Part shown: one piece after another, positions 50,674 through 63,600 of the stretch
How positions within the stretch are numbered: position 1 is the first letter of the stretch
Layout of the letters: the number at the start of each line of letters is the position of its first letter
NCBI GenBank assembly: GCA_043228905.1
Contig: JBHGNT010000006.1
Coordinates: forward strand, 6,882,001 to 6,946,000
From: Azolla caroliniana
Taxonomy: Eukaryota; Plantae; Polypodiophyta
Direction of reading: 5' to 3'
DNA: 64,000 nucleotides
Notes under the pieces: generated by a model
What the model saw: only the letters and a program-made list of their open reading frames with translations
The model's database searches: none
Told to the model about the DNA's origin: nothing
Translations under genes and position numbers: made by a program

Positions 50674-53600
50674 CATATCTACAACAAACTTGTTAGAAGG
50701 GACGACGTTAAATTGGTATCTGGCCGGAGAGAACACATATCAGTTCATGGGATGGCAAGCCTTCACAACTCGAATGCGGCAATATTTTATCACACCAAAT
50801 GAAACAACTCGTTTGATGGATGAATGGAGGAAATTAAGGCAAGCAGATGGGAGTTTATCGACATATGTCGACAAGTATAGACAATTCATGCTTCAAATTC
50901 CTCATTTTCATGAAGTGACTAAAATTCATGGTTTTTTGTTTGGTTTAAGATCCAAAGCAAGATGAAGATTGAAAAGCAACAACCGATGAATTTGGAGATG
51001 GCAGTTCAACTAGCTGAACGAATTGGTGATTTCGAAGAACTTCAACAGCCATTTCGAGCCATGAAATCGTCCATCAACTTCCTTATGAGACGCGATTTTA
51101 GTAGTCAAGGCCAAAGATTCTTCAATAGATCACCTACTATGTCCCAAGATAATTGGGGGGATAGTAGTGGAGCACGAAAAACCATGGCATCCACATCAAA
51201 TGGGGAAAGGCTCCCAAATCTTCGAAGGGGTTGTTTTGAATACGATGATCCACATTTAGCTTCTGAATGTCTCCGAAGGAAATCACCAAAAGTCATGGTA
51301 GCCCAAGCCAATGCTAGGGATCTTGATGAGGGATTGGACAACAACAATTATGAACCTCTCGACATTCTTGATGAGGTGGAGGATGGGTTAATGGAGGTCA
51401 CGGTAGGGGCAACAAAGTTAAAACCCCTTTGTTTTGTTGTGGGTGTCTCTCACATTGATCATTTGTACTTGGCAACCAAGATCAACGGTCATGCTTGATA
51501 GTGGAGCAACACATAACTTTATCACTCCCGAGTGCGTCACTAAATTCGGGTTGAAACCTATGCCATTAAAGGGCATATCCATAAGCTTTGTGCAAGGCTC
51601 AACCAATGTTGAGTTCTTGGCGTTGGATATTCCTATGGAAGCAGAAGCATGGAAAGGAGAGGTAAATTTTCTAGTAGTTCCAATGACAAGATTTGATGTC
51701 ATATTGGGATTGGATTGGGCAGATAAGTATCTTATCGCGCATTTTGGAAGGAGAATAGACAAAGTATTATTGGACAATTTGGATGGACACAATGGGGTGG
51801 TGGTAAATCTTCATCGCCCAACAATAAAGCAAGTGCAATCAAGTGAGCAGTCCAGTCCTCTCTTAGCATTATGTAGCGCGCCAAAGTGGCTAATCGTTCA
51901 CTTAAAAAAGGAGGGCAATTATTTCTATGTACAACAATTGTCCGCCATCAAGCAAATACAACATTGGAAGGACACAAAGGTAATCCAGTAATTCAGTACC
52001 TAATAACTGAATTTAGTGATGTGCTAACAACCAAGTTACCTCCTGGACTACCCCCTAAAAGAGCCATTGATCACAAAATCCACATAATACCGGGAAGCAC
52101 ACCACCAACGAAAGCTCCATACAAGTTGAATGCAACTCAATTAGCAGAATTGAAGAAGCAATTGATCAAGCTGGAGACATTTGGTTTCATCTGCCCAAGC
52201 AATTCGCCATATGGGGCACTCGTTATATTTGTTGCAAAAAAGGATGGAACAATGCAAATGTGCATGGACTATCGAGCACTCAACAAGATAACAATCAAAG
52301 GTAAATATCCATTGCCAATCATTGACGATTTACTAGATCAATTGGGAGGGGCACAATTTTTTACTCGCACTGACTTGAGGTCGGGATACCACCAAATCCG
52401 AGTTGCTGAACATGACATTGAGAAAACAGCTTTTCGGACAAGGTTTGGCAGTTATGAATGGTTGGTTATGAGTTTTGGGCTCACCGTTGCACAAGGAACA
52501 TTTAACCGCTTGGGCAATGATCTATTTCGTGCTTTTCTTGATGAGTTTGTCATCTTATACATAGATGATTTACTCATCTATAGCAAAACATTGGAAGAGC
52601 ACATGTTACATGTTAAGAAGGTGTTACATATACTGCAAGAAAAAAAATTGTATACTAACCCCGAAAAATGTGAGTTTGCAGTACAAGATATTAACTTCTT
52701 AGGTTTCCAAGTAGGGAAACATGGCCTTCACATGGATACAAGCAAGGTGGATGTTGTACGAAGATGGCCAATCCCAACTAAAACCGTAGAAGTCCAACAA
52801 TTTGTAGGTTTTGTGCAATATGTGCATAAATTCATCAAGCATTTTAGTGCAATTGCAGCCCCCCTAACTAACCTAACTAAAGCTAAAACAGGTTTTAAAT
52901 GGACAACACTAGAACAAGATGCTTTCGAAAAACTCAAAGAAGTAGTGTGTTCACAACTGGTGCTTAAGTTACCAGAAAATTCTAAACCATTTGAAATCCA
53001 TACAGATGCTTCTAATGTGGCTTATGGTGCAGTGTTGATATAGGATGGACCTCTACTTGCTTATGAATCCAAGAAATTTTTCAGATATTGAAGTTAGGTG
53101 GCCCACTCATGAGAAAGAACTGCTTGCCACTGTCTATGCCTTACGCAAATGGTGTCATTATGTCCAAGATAAATTTACTAAAGTATTCATAGATAATATA
53201 TCCTTGTAGTATTTTCAGTCCCAACCGAAGTTGTGCCCTAAACAAAGCTCGTTGGCAAGATTTTTTGGCAGAATTTGATTTCTGCATCAACCATAAAAGT
53301 GGTGCTCTTAATATTATGCCGGATGCTTTTAAGTCGAAGGCCTCATGCTTGTACCATTTTGGTAATCTCTGATTCTTCTTTGCTGCAAGACATTCGAATA
53401 GATCAACAACATGATCCTTACACACAACAATTGATTTCCGTTATGGATATGCAACGTGTGGCCCATGGGTCACTCAAAATGCAACAAGGTCTATTAATGC
53501 TACATGGTAAGTATTTTGTACCTAATATAAGGGAAATTAAGGCACCAATTTTGCAAGGAGCACATGATTGTAAGATGGTGGTATTTGTCGGACACTCACC

Positions 53601-54740
53601 AACATCCGACAACATTTTTTTTGGCCCCATATGGAGTTGGATGTAAAAGACTACGTCCAATCCCGTGTGACATGCCAACAAGTCAAAGCTCAGCGTGGAC
53701 GACCATTTGGATTATTACAACCCATGCCAATACCCGCTCATCCATGGGATGTGGTGAGTATCGATTTCATAATGGATTTGCCCGTGTCAAGAGGTTATAA
53801 TGCGATCATGGTGGTCATCGACCATTTCTCTAGACAAGCTCACTTTGTACCAACAAAACCACCCCTCACAGCCCTCTGGGTAGCCAAATTGTTCTTCAAA
53901 CATATCTTTAAATATCATGGGATGCCTGTGGCTATTGTATTAGATAGGGATCCACGTTTTACTAGTCGATTTTGGCAAGAACTGTTCAAATGGCTGGACA
54001 CACAACTTCGAATGTCTTCTACGGCTCATCCCCAAACTGATGGCCAAATGGAAAGGGTAAATCAGAGTCTTGAAGAATACATTCGTTGTTATGTGCAGGC
54101 GGATCAAGAAGATTGGGTGGATCATATTCATATGCTGAAATTTTGTTATAACTCCTCGAAACATTCTGCCACTGGTTTTTCTCCTTTTGAATTAGCTACA
54201 GGGAAGCAAGTTCTTACTCCATTGGCTTTGGTCTCTCAAGTTGTTCGAGACAAAATTAAAGAGCCCGATGTCGATCTTTTTTTAGCAGATTGGTAAGCAA
54301 CAATGTGGGTTGCACAACAAGGATTACAACAATCAAAGGAACAAATGGTTCGGGTAGCTAACAAAAAACGTCAACACATCAAATTTTTCAAAGGCGACTT
54401 GGTCCTCGTTAGTGCCGTTCATTGGCCTTTACCTGGACGACTCTCACCTAAATTTAACCATCATTATTGCGGGCCATATGAAGTGCTACAAAGTTTTAAT
54501 GGAGTCACTTACAAGCTAAAATTACCTAGTTCCATCAAGGTGGATGATACATTTCATGTAAGTTTACTTAAGAGATTTCATGCAGATAAACATTGGAGTC
54601 AGAAGACTAACCTAAGTGAGGAAGTTGAAAACCTTAAACAACAAGTGCGCAATGGAAACACAAATTTTTTGATGAAGTGGAAAGGGAGACCACTTTCGGA
54701 AGCCACATGGATCTCTGAAGAAAGTTTGTTTCGTTCGGAT
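50674..54740 (+). mobile_element. Degenerate chromoviral Ty3/gypsy gag-PR-RT-RH-IN-chromodomain
   Basis: LDSGATHNF, RT YPLP...DLRSGYHQ...YIDD, RH TDAS, IN DFIMDLP...HPQTDGQ, GPY and chromo-like FLMKWKG..LSEATW. Confidence 0.92.
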
Positions 54741-54819
54741 CCCTCACTCTTGTTCGGGTACCCTAGCTCTAGAATTAGTGCTACAATGGCAAGGGTTTAG
54801 ACACTGCCTACTGTATTAC

Positions 54820-55073
54820 TTGATTACACACAACAACATGGTATCGATTACAATGAGACCTTCGCGCCAGTCGTGAAGATGGCGACCGTCCATGTCTTGC
54901 TTGCGGTGGCAGCGGCGAAGGGGTGGCATCTACATTAGATGGATGTGAAAAACGTGTTTCTGCAAGGAGACCTTGAGGAATAGGTGTGTATATGGTTCAA
55001 CCCCCTAGATTTCAGTCTGGAATGAACACGTCAACTGTTTGCCGACTGAAGAAGTCCCTTTACAAACTAAAGT
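54820..55073 (+). mobile_element. Short copia RT fragment
   Basis: Reads [20 protein letters not shown]...MDVKNVFLQGDLEE. Confidence 0.8.
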
Positions 55074-55180
55074 TGACAAGAATAGTACTAAATAGAGAGA
55101 GAATCAATACTAGAGAAGGGAAGTACTATTAGTACTAAGAGTATTGATTGCGTAAGACTCACAAGGGAGGAAGCGAGAAA

Positions 55181-55219
<39 letters not shown>

Positions 55220-58200
55220 TGTTTGATGATAACATATGATATATTATGTGAAGAGTAAATACAAAATAACTATGAGGCTTAAGACTGGCATTGAACCAAT
55301 TTGGTTCGAAATAATGCCTTGTGCCTCCTTTTATAGTGTCCTCAGGAGTAGTCCTGAAGCTTCTAGAATGTTCTAGAGAAATCTGGAATATACATTAATT
55401 TTCTATAGTAAAACTTAAATGAAAATCATGTCCTACGTATTACAATAGATATTGTAATGGTTAAGAGCTCGATCCGTATAACATAAGGTCATGGGTTCGA
55501 GTCTTGCCATATCATGACACTATCCCCCCTAAAACGACGAGTGTTACGAGTCGGAGTTGATTGGGGACTAGGTTTGTTCGGATACTGTCGGTGGAAATCA
55601 GCAAGAAGATCCTGAGCATTGTCGACATGCTCGACGGGTTCCCAAGTACGTTCGCTCGGACTATAGCTGAGCCAATCAACCAAATAATAAATTTTGTTGT
55701 GAACGAACTTGGAGTCGAGGACGACAACAACTTCATACTCCGGGCCGGCATCCAACTCAAGAGGGGGGGGTGGTGGTGTAACACGATCGGGAATAGTGTT
55801 GGCCTGATAAGGTTTGAGAAGAGAACTATGGAAGACCGGACGTGACATCATTAATCTTGCTGGTAATACGGAAAGGACCGAGTCGTCGATAATCCAATTT
55901 GTCGCATGGTCGAGTAGTCTTGATGTGACGACGTAAGAGCCATACTCAATCTCCGATGGCAAAAGAGGAGGGAAGACGATGACGGTACGCATAAGTCTTC
56001 TATGTGTGTTGAGCATGACGAAGATGAGTGGATAGATCTGTCTGAATCTTGCGTAGCCTCTCCAAATGATCTTCAACACGAGGATTGGTAGGTAGCTCCA
56101 GAGTGTTGATCACAAACCATCGAGGATGAGAACCGGTATAAGAGAAAAATGGGGAGACCCAAGTGGAGGAGTGAATAGCGTTATTATAAGCAAGCTCAGC
56201 AAAGTGGAGAAAATCAGCCCAATTGTCATGTTGATAACTCAAAAAACACCGAAGATATTGTTCCAGCATTTGGTTTGTTCGTTCCGCTTGGCCATCAGTT
56301 TGGGGATGATAGTCGAAGGAGAGGTTGTAAGAGACCTTGAGCATCTTGAAGAGATGCTTCCAAAATTTGGAAATGAATTGAGGTCCTCGGTCACTAATGA
56401 TACTGTCTGGGAGGCCATGATGCCGAAAAACCTCTCGTATGACAAGGGCAGCGGTTTCCTCACTAGTGATGGCCTTAGTACAAGGCACAAAATGTGCCAT
56501 CTTTGTATATCGTTCAACGACGGTTAAGATAGCATCGAAGCCCTTGGAGACTGGAAGATCTGTGATAAAAGCAAGACAAATGGATTGCCACGACTTACTT
56601 GGAATTGGTAAGGATTCCAACAAGCCATATGGATGACGTTGTGGCATCTTTGCTCGACAACAAGCATCACAAGTCCGAACGTAGTCATCAACAAAACGTC
56701 GCATATGGGGCCACCAAAAAGATTGTTGGACTAGATCCAACATCTTAGTACCACCAAAATGTCCAGTTGTATGGGTGTCGTGACAATTTTGGACGATTTG
56801 AAGGCGACATGAGCAATTGGGAACATACACAAGCTTTTTAAAGAATAATAAACCATCATGATATTCGAATTGTCGGTAGTCCATACCTGATTGTTGAGAC
56901 TGGGAACAGGATGCCCGAGAGGCATCAATTTGCGCTAAAATGGCCTAAACAAAACTGTCCGTCTTCAAATTGGCACGTATGGCAACGATAATCTGGGAAT
57001 CCAATGGAGTGTGAAAAATCCGCGTTGTGTGCAAACGTGTTGGTCCCAAGCTAACCTGCTTTTGATTATCAAATGCCGGATCACTAGGACGAGGTGCAAG
57101 ATATGAGCGCCGCGATAGTGCATCTGCTTTTCTTTATTGCTTCCCCAGTCGATATATGATTTTGAAGTCAAAACGCGTGAGGAATTCGGCCCACTGAGCT
57201 TGCCGTCGATTTAATAAGCGAGCGTTCTGGAAATAAGCAAGATTTTTGTGATCACTAAAGACAATGACCTGATGAGGAGAGCCCTCTAAGAAGTGCTGCC
57301 ATTGCACAAATGAATCCATGATGGTTAATAACTCCTTGTCATGTATCTCATAGTTGATTTCTGCGGCATCAAATTTGCGTGAGTGGAAAGCCACAGGATG
57401 TAACTCTTCTTTATCTCCTTGTTGTGAAAGGATGCTACCGAGGGTGAAATATGATACATCGGCCTCCATGATGAATGGCTTGTTTGTATCCACATGAGCT
57501 AGAATAGGAGCTGATGTAAAGGATTTCTTAAGATGCATAAAAGCCATGTCCGCTTCATTGGACCAAAGAAAGGATTGTCCCTTCTTGGTTAGTTGTGTGA
57601 GAGGCAAAATAATCTTCGAGTAATCTTGTATAAACTTACGGTAGAAGTTAGCGAAGCCTAGGAAACATTGTGTTGGGAAACAGGTCCCTCCGGATGGGAA
57701 GGTATCGGCCGAGGCCGAAACCGTATGAGGAGTACTTGGCTACGGAGAGCCGGATGGTGCAGGCCCGGTATGAACCGGATGAGGAGTACTCGGCTACGGA
57801 GAGCCGGATGGTGCAGGCCCGGTATGAACCGGATGAGGAGTACCCGGCTACGGAGAGCCGGATGGTGCATGCCTAGTATGAACCGGATGAGGAGTACCCG
57901 GCTACGGAGAGCCGGATGATACAGGCCCGGTATGAACCGGATGAGGAGTACTCGGCTACGGAGAGCCGGATGGTGCAGGCCCGGTATGAACCGGATGAAG
58001 AGACATATTCGTAAATATGTTTCTGAGAGCCTATCGAGGCTACATTTGTAAATAGCCGAAAAGTCATATTAGTATAAATATGACTTAGGGCAAACTTTTA
58101 GAAAACTGTTCTTGTTATTTCTCCTTGTTGGTGCAAGAAGAAGAGAGAGCACGTAATAGTGTACAGAGAGAAAGAGGTCGTTGCCTCTGTTGTAACCGCC

Positions 58201-59102
58201 GCCTGTGGTGAAGATCTGTGAGCACGAGGTAGTTGTCTCAGTGAACTCACTGTTGTACATTTTGACATAGTGACAGTTTGCAGCCTGTGGGCTGCCGTGG
58301 TTTTTCCCTCTTTGGGTTTTCCATGTAAACCTCCTGTGTATCTTTCTCCTCTTTGTGTCGTGTTCTATTTCCCGTTTTCTGTGTATGAAAAGAATCTCGG
58401 TTGTGGCCGAGCGTTGCGCATAAGGAACGTTGGGTTCCCGTCACATTGCACATCTCGTAACGAACGTGGAGTTTGCCACTCTAACACAGTTTTGACTTTA
58501 GCTAGATCCATGGAGATGCCTTTTGAGGAGATGACATAGCCTAGAAATTCCACTTGCTTGCAGTCAAAGCTACATTTTTCTAGTTTGGCATAAAGACCAT
58601 GCTCTCGGAGTCGTTTTAGTATTAATAATACATGAGAATCATGCTCTTCCTGGGTTTTTGAATAAATCAATAGATCATCTAGATAGATGATCAAACAGAT
58701 ATCCAAGAGGTCTCTGAATATATCATTTGCCATGTGTTGGAAGACTATGGGCGCATTGGTTAGACCGAACGGCATCACGGTATACTCGAGGTGCCCATAT
58801 TGGGTGCGAAAAGAGGTCTTCCATTCGTCTCCTGGTCGGATCCGCACGAGCTTATATGCTCCTCGTAAGTCGATTTTGGTAAAAAACTTGGCATCATTTA
58901 CACGTTCTAAAAGACTTGATATAAGGGGAAGTGCATACCTATTCCTGATGATGACCTTATTTAAGCTACGGTAATCAACGACGAGACGAAGGGATCCACC
59001 TTTCTTATGACAAAGAAAATGGGTGCATCGCCTGGAGATTTTGAATGACGAATAAACCCGCTTGCCAAATTCTCCTCTATGTAGGCTCGAAGGACTTCCA
59101 AC
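55074..59102 (-). mobile_element. Degenerate chromoviral (Tcn1-like) Ty3/gypsy: RT-RH-IN-chromodomain, PPT ~55523-55530, 3' LTR 55074-55519
   Basis: RT MPFGLTNAP..YLDD, RH NYEIHDKELL, IN HPQTDGQAER and chromodomain EYEV...YLVDW..Y.PSERTWEP. LTR has TG..CA ends. Confidence 0.9.
57671..58443 (+). mobile_element. Copia solo LTR with 5-bp TSD CATTG
   Basis: tgttggg...cccgtca flanked by cattg (57666-57670, 58444-58448), with five 54-bp repeats. Confidence 0.93.
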
Positions 59103-60633
59103 TGTTAGCCGGCCGGCAAGGGAAGTCCAGAATGGGCAAAAGAGGGATAATTAATAACTGGGAGCTGATTATTTATAATATAGAATTATTATGATTTTGA
59201 GAAGCGAACGGGTGGACCCGGAATCGGTATGCCGATCCGGATTCGGACCGATTCGTAGCTGGTTGCCGGTTGGCACCGGTTTGTACCTAGAGCCGGAGAC
59301 CTATAAAATGGCCCGATTAGATTGTAATCATTAGCGGATAATTAATAGAGTGTTGTTGTTCTGTATCTTAATCCTTGTTAATTACCGTTCTGTGCTAAGT
59401 GTAATTCATCTTACGCGTGTATTGTGACTAATGATCTTGCCAATTAGTAACCAATTAGGGTTTCATTAATAGTTCGGTCTAAGTTTATCTCACCGCAACA
59501 CCCTTTCGTGAAGTGTCTCAAAGGGACACCTTGTGTTCGGCCATTGTTCGGTCGGAGCGATAACACAGTTTTTGGCGACCACGATTCCTGCACAAATGCA
59601 GCGAACAACGGCGGGAATGGATGACTAGACCAAAGAACGAACCGGTTATGGAACGAGCAAGAAGACTTGGAGAACGATTGCGGAAGCAAGAGGCTTTCCA
59701 GTAGGCGGCAGAAGAGATCTGTGTGGATCGATCATTTTCCAAAGTAATCCGGCGAGTGGCTGTGGAATCACTCCACGTTCAGCAGACTCCCCACCCGGAC
59801 GAAGGAAGTAGCTTGAGCAGTCTCTGGGACGCGGAATCCAATCTTCAAGCATTAGCGACAGGGGAAGGCACTTCAGAACCATTCTCAGCCTTCGAATCGG
59901 ATTCGAACGGCGAATGCAGCGCCCATTCGAATTACCGTAGCAGCCACGACACCCCAGACGAACCAGAAGATGAGCAGTCAGATACCTTGCCGACACTAGA
60001 ACCGGAGTTAACGAAACTAGAAGCCCCAGACCGTCAAGAGGAGGAAGACCTCTGACACCGAAAGAAGAGGAGGAAAGACCTCCGAACCCGAAAGAGGAGG
60101 AAAGACCTCCGACACAGAAAGAAGAGGGGAGACCTCCGACACCACCAGCCCATGTTCCAACACTGGACGACAACATGCCATTCCAATATCCCAAGTACCG
60201 GGATGATCCGGACGCGGAAGCTCATCTCTATGCATTTCTACAAACTTGGGAAGCAAACCATGTGTCGCAACGCTTGATCGCCATCGAAGCAGAACGCTCG
60301 AAGATTGCAAAGTTCGGCATGACCTTGGAAGGACCAGCTGCACGATGGCGCTTGATGCAACCTCCCGACACCATAACGACGTTTTTACAGTTCTTCAACA
60401 AGGAGGTGGATCAACGGGAGATGGTCAACCAATTCTACACTATATGGTAGGAGCCTACGGAAACCATTCAGTAATTCGTAATCCGGTTCCAGCGAATGCA
60501 AAGCCAGCTAAATCGAGCATCACTGAGAGCAGAGGCTAAAGCAATATTCCTAGCAGCACTCCGGGAACCCCTGCGTACGATGTGCGCAGTGATTGATTTC
60601 CGCACCAGCACGATCGACCAAGTCATAGACCGG
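59103..60633 (+). mobile_element. LTR (~59103-59500) plus decayed gag of another probable gypsy-type element
   Basis: TGTT..AACA ends and a TATA at ~59302. Gag-like FQYPKYRDDPDAEAHLYAF...LEGPAARW. Contains ~30-bp purine-rich repeats at 60039-60143. Confidence 0.65.
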
Positions 60634-63600
60634 TGTCATGAAGAATTTCCGCCAGAGGCGGAAACCGGGAAATATTGGCTACATCGGCGGGTCACCCTCG
60701 TATTATTGTGTGAATAATAGGAGTTAAGTCGGGATGAAGAATCCCATGTAAATCGGGATTTATCCCACATTGTAACGCATCCCTCTCCTTGTTCTATAAA
60801 ACGAAGGGATGGTCCCTTGTAGAAGGGTTGCCTATTTTGTATTAGTAGGGTATACCGTTAGATGAAGAGACGTTCTTTGTTCCTCTTTCTCTCTTGTTTT
60901 AGGGTTTCTTCGTCTTCTTCTCATCCTCTACTTCTTCTTCGTCACTCTAGGGTCGTGCATAGAAGACCGGAGAAGGAACCTCCACACCGTTCCTAAGGCC
61001 TTGGAGGTTTGAGCCGACGTGGCGACGTAAGACCAAGGAGAAGGAAGGTCGCGGTGAGGGGACGAAGGCAGCGGGGAACAACGCAGGGCAACAATCAAGA
61101 CCACGTGAATGGTCGATGGAGGCCAGGCGGGCCACAATGGGCGTTCCTCAAGCGAAGGACATCGAATGACGGCGGAGAGCGGGGCGTGCATGCGGCCGAA
61201 CAAGGGCCAACGGAAGTACGTGTACTATGGAGATCGCGGCAAAGGACCCATCGGCGGGTCGAACGAGCCAACGGGGAGGTAAGCGTGAAGGAAGAACGAA
61301 AGCCGACGGTTCAAACCGGCAGCGAGCGGGGATGCGGATTACGGAAGACCAGTTTCTCACTGGCCGAAATCTCTCACCCTTCACCGGATTTGGCACGTAC
61401 CAATGGACGTGCGGTTAGGTGGGGGCAGATGTCGTGAAGAATTTCGGCCAAAGGCGAAAACCGGGAAATATTGGCTACATCGGCGGGGTGCACCATGTGC
61501 ACTCACCCTCGTATAATTGTGTCAATAATAGGAGTTAAGTCGGGACGAAGACTCCCATGTAAATCGTGATTTATCCCACATTGTAACGCATCCCTCTCCT
61601 TGTTCTATAAAAGGAAGGGATGGTTCCTTGTAGAAGGGTTGCGCATTTTGTATTAGTAGGGTATACTGTTAGATGAAGAGACGTTCTCTTTTCCTCTTTC
61701 TCTCTTGTTTTAGGGTTTCTTCTTCTCCTCCTCCTCCTCTGCTTCTTCTTTGTCACTCTATGAGTCTAGCTTGATACCTGCAGGCTCCGGATCTGCCCTG
61801 TCTGCTATGCAAGACCCCGCTTGGCGCGACGAGCCCGTGAGATCCCTGACCAGTGGCTTGGCAGTAGACGACTGTTGTATCTTGCTTCTTGTAAATATAC
61901 CTATGGAAGACTCTGCATTTTTGGTGTCTGCGTGGGTGTTTTAGTATTTCCTTACTTCTGTTTCTGTTCATAAGCGTGTGTGGGGTCGGCACTGTGTGTG
62001 TGCATGTGTCGGCAAGGGGTGGGTGCGTGTTCTTTTCTCCCTCCTTTCGGTTGTTTTCGGCGTCCCGGAAATGGTGAATCACGACTTCCTACGCTCCGTC
62101 ACTCCCTAGTCCAAGACCCTCGTGGTCCCGCCCTTCTACACGCACGCGCGTAACAACGCGACATATTTGGTGAACCCGACGTGAAAGGCGGCAAGGGAGG
62201 ATGGAGTCGGAAGACGACGACCTTGCAGAGATGGTGGCCGAAGTGGTGTTGGAGTCGACACGAGTGGTGATAAGGCGAGAAGCAGCGCAACAAGCGGTTG
62301 AGCGAGTGGTCGAAAGAGTCGACCGTTTCAACGGGGACAAAGTACCATCTTACTTGGAAGCCTACAACGCGGAAATGGAGGAGCGAGACGTGGCCGAAGC
62401 GTTGAGGCTGGAGTTCTTCTGTCGGGCTGTCGTCGTCCGTATGCACGCGGAAGTGAAGGAGCTTCGAGAAGCTCATAGTTCGTGGGAGGCCTTTGAAGAG
62501 GCGCTCCTGCAGGCATATGGAGGACGGCGAAAGAGCCGGGGACGGCACGACTTCGACCACTGGGTAGCATCAGCAAAGACCCACCGGGGCGCAACGAAGG
62601 TGTTCCAAGAGTTCGAGCGACGGCTTGCTCGGCTCCGGGAGCGGGAACAAGGTTTGGTGGGGGTGGACAAGGTCCTATTGTTCGTAAGGTTGATCGACCG
62701 AGCGGAACGGGAGGCCATCGGGATTGAGCTCGAAGACGATGACGGAGCGAATGGGCTTACAGAGGACTGGTCGAAGGTCAGAAGGGTGTGCCAACGGCTA
62801 GACAACGAGCGAGCCGAGAAGGCTAAGAGGAAGGCGCGCAACGGCGTGCCATCACAGCGGGAAGAGGCCGAACGGCAAAGAGAGTCGGCAAGGGTCAGCG
62901 TTGGTGCTAGGATTGCGGAGGCATATGTAGTTCTCGAGGAGATGCTCGAGGAAGAGGAAAGATCGAGGCGACAAGCCGAGACTAAGGAGACTGACTTGCC
63001 CCACGCGATGACGGAAGATCGGTACCACGGTACCACGGGAGAGGGTGCGGAACAAAATGCCCTCTCGACTTGCGGAGATAGAACAGCCAAGGAGGAAGCC
63101 GAGATACTGATCGCGGGATCAGAACGTTGGAACTAGTGGTGTCGAGCGTATCAGCCCGAAACCCCGGTCATTGGAGAAGCAAGCCCAAACGGGGCTTGCG
63201 CGATCGGTAAGGAGAAGACCGCCGACCGCGAAGAGCTAGTGGCTACGGACAAGGGCGTAAAATGGACGGGCGATTCTTTGCATCTTCCCACGCTTGCTCC
63301 CAAAACAACGGAAGTCAAGCCCGAGTGCCCACGTGACTCCCAGGAGGAAGAAGGCGGCCGCGAGAGACCAAGAATCACCGACGAGACGATACGGGGAAGG
63401 AGTCGACGAAAGCCCTCGAACCCGATTCCGGAGAACTCAGCGTTCGGGCCCTTATGCCCATTTGAGACCGAGGAGTTGGATGACGGTATCGAGGAATCCT
63501 GGCACGATGCCAGTGAAGGTGGATGGGAGATGGCCCGCGAAAAGGTCGACGAAGAGACCAAGGAATGAACCGACCGGGGACCGAACCACGCGATGCTCCG

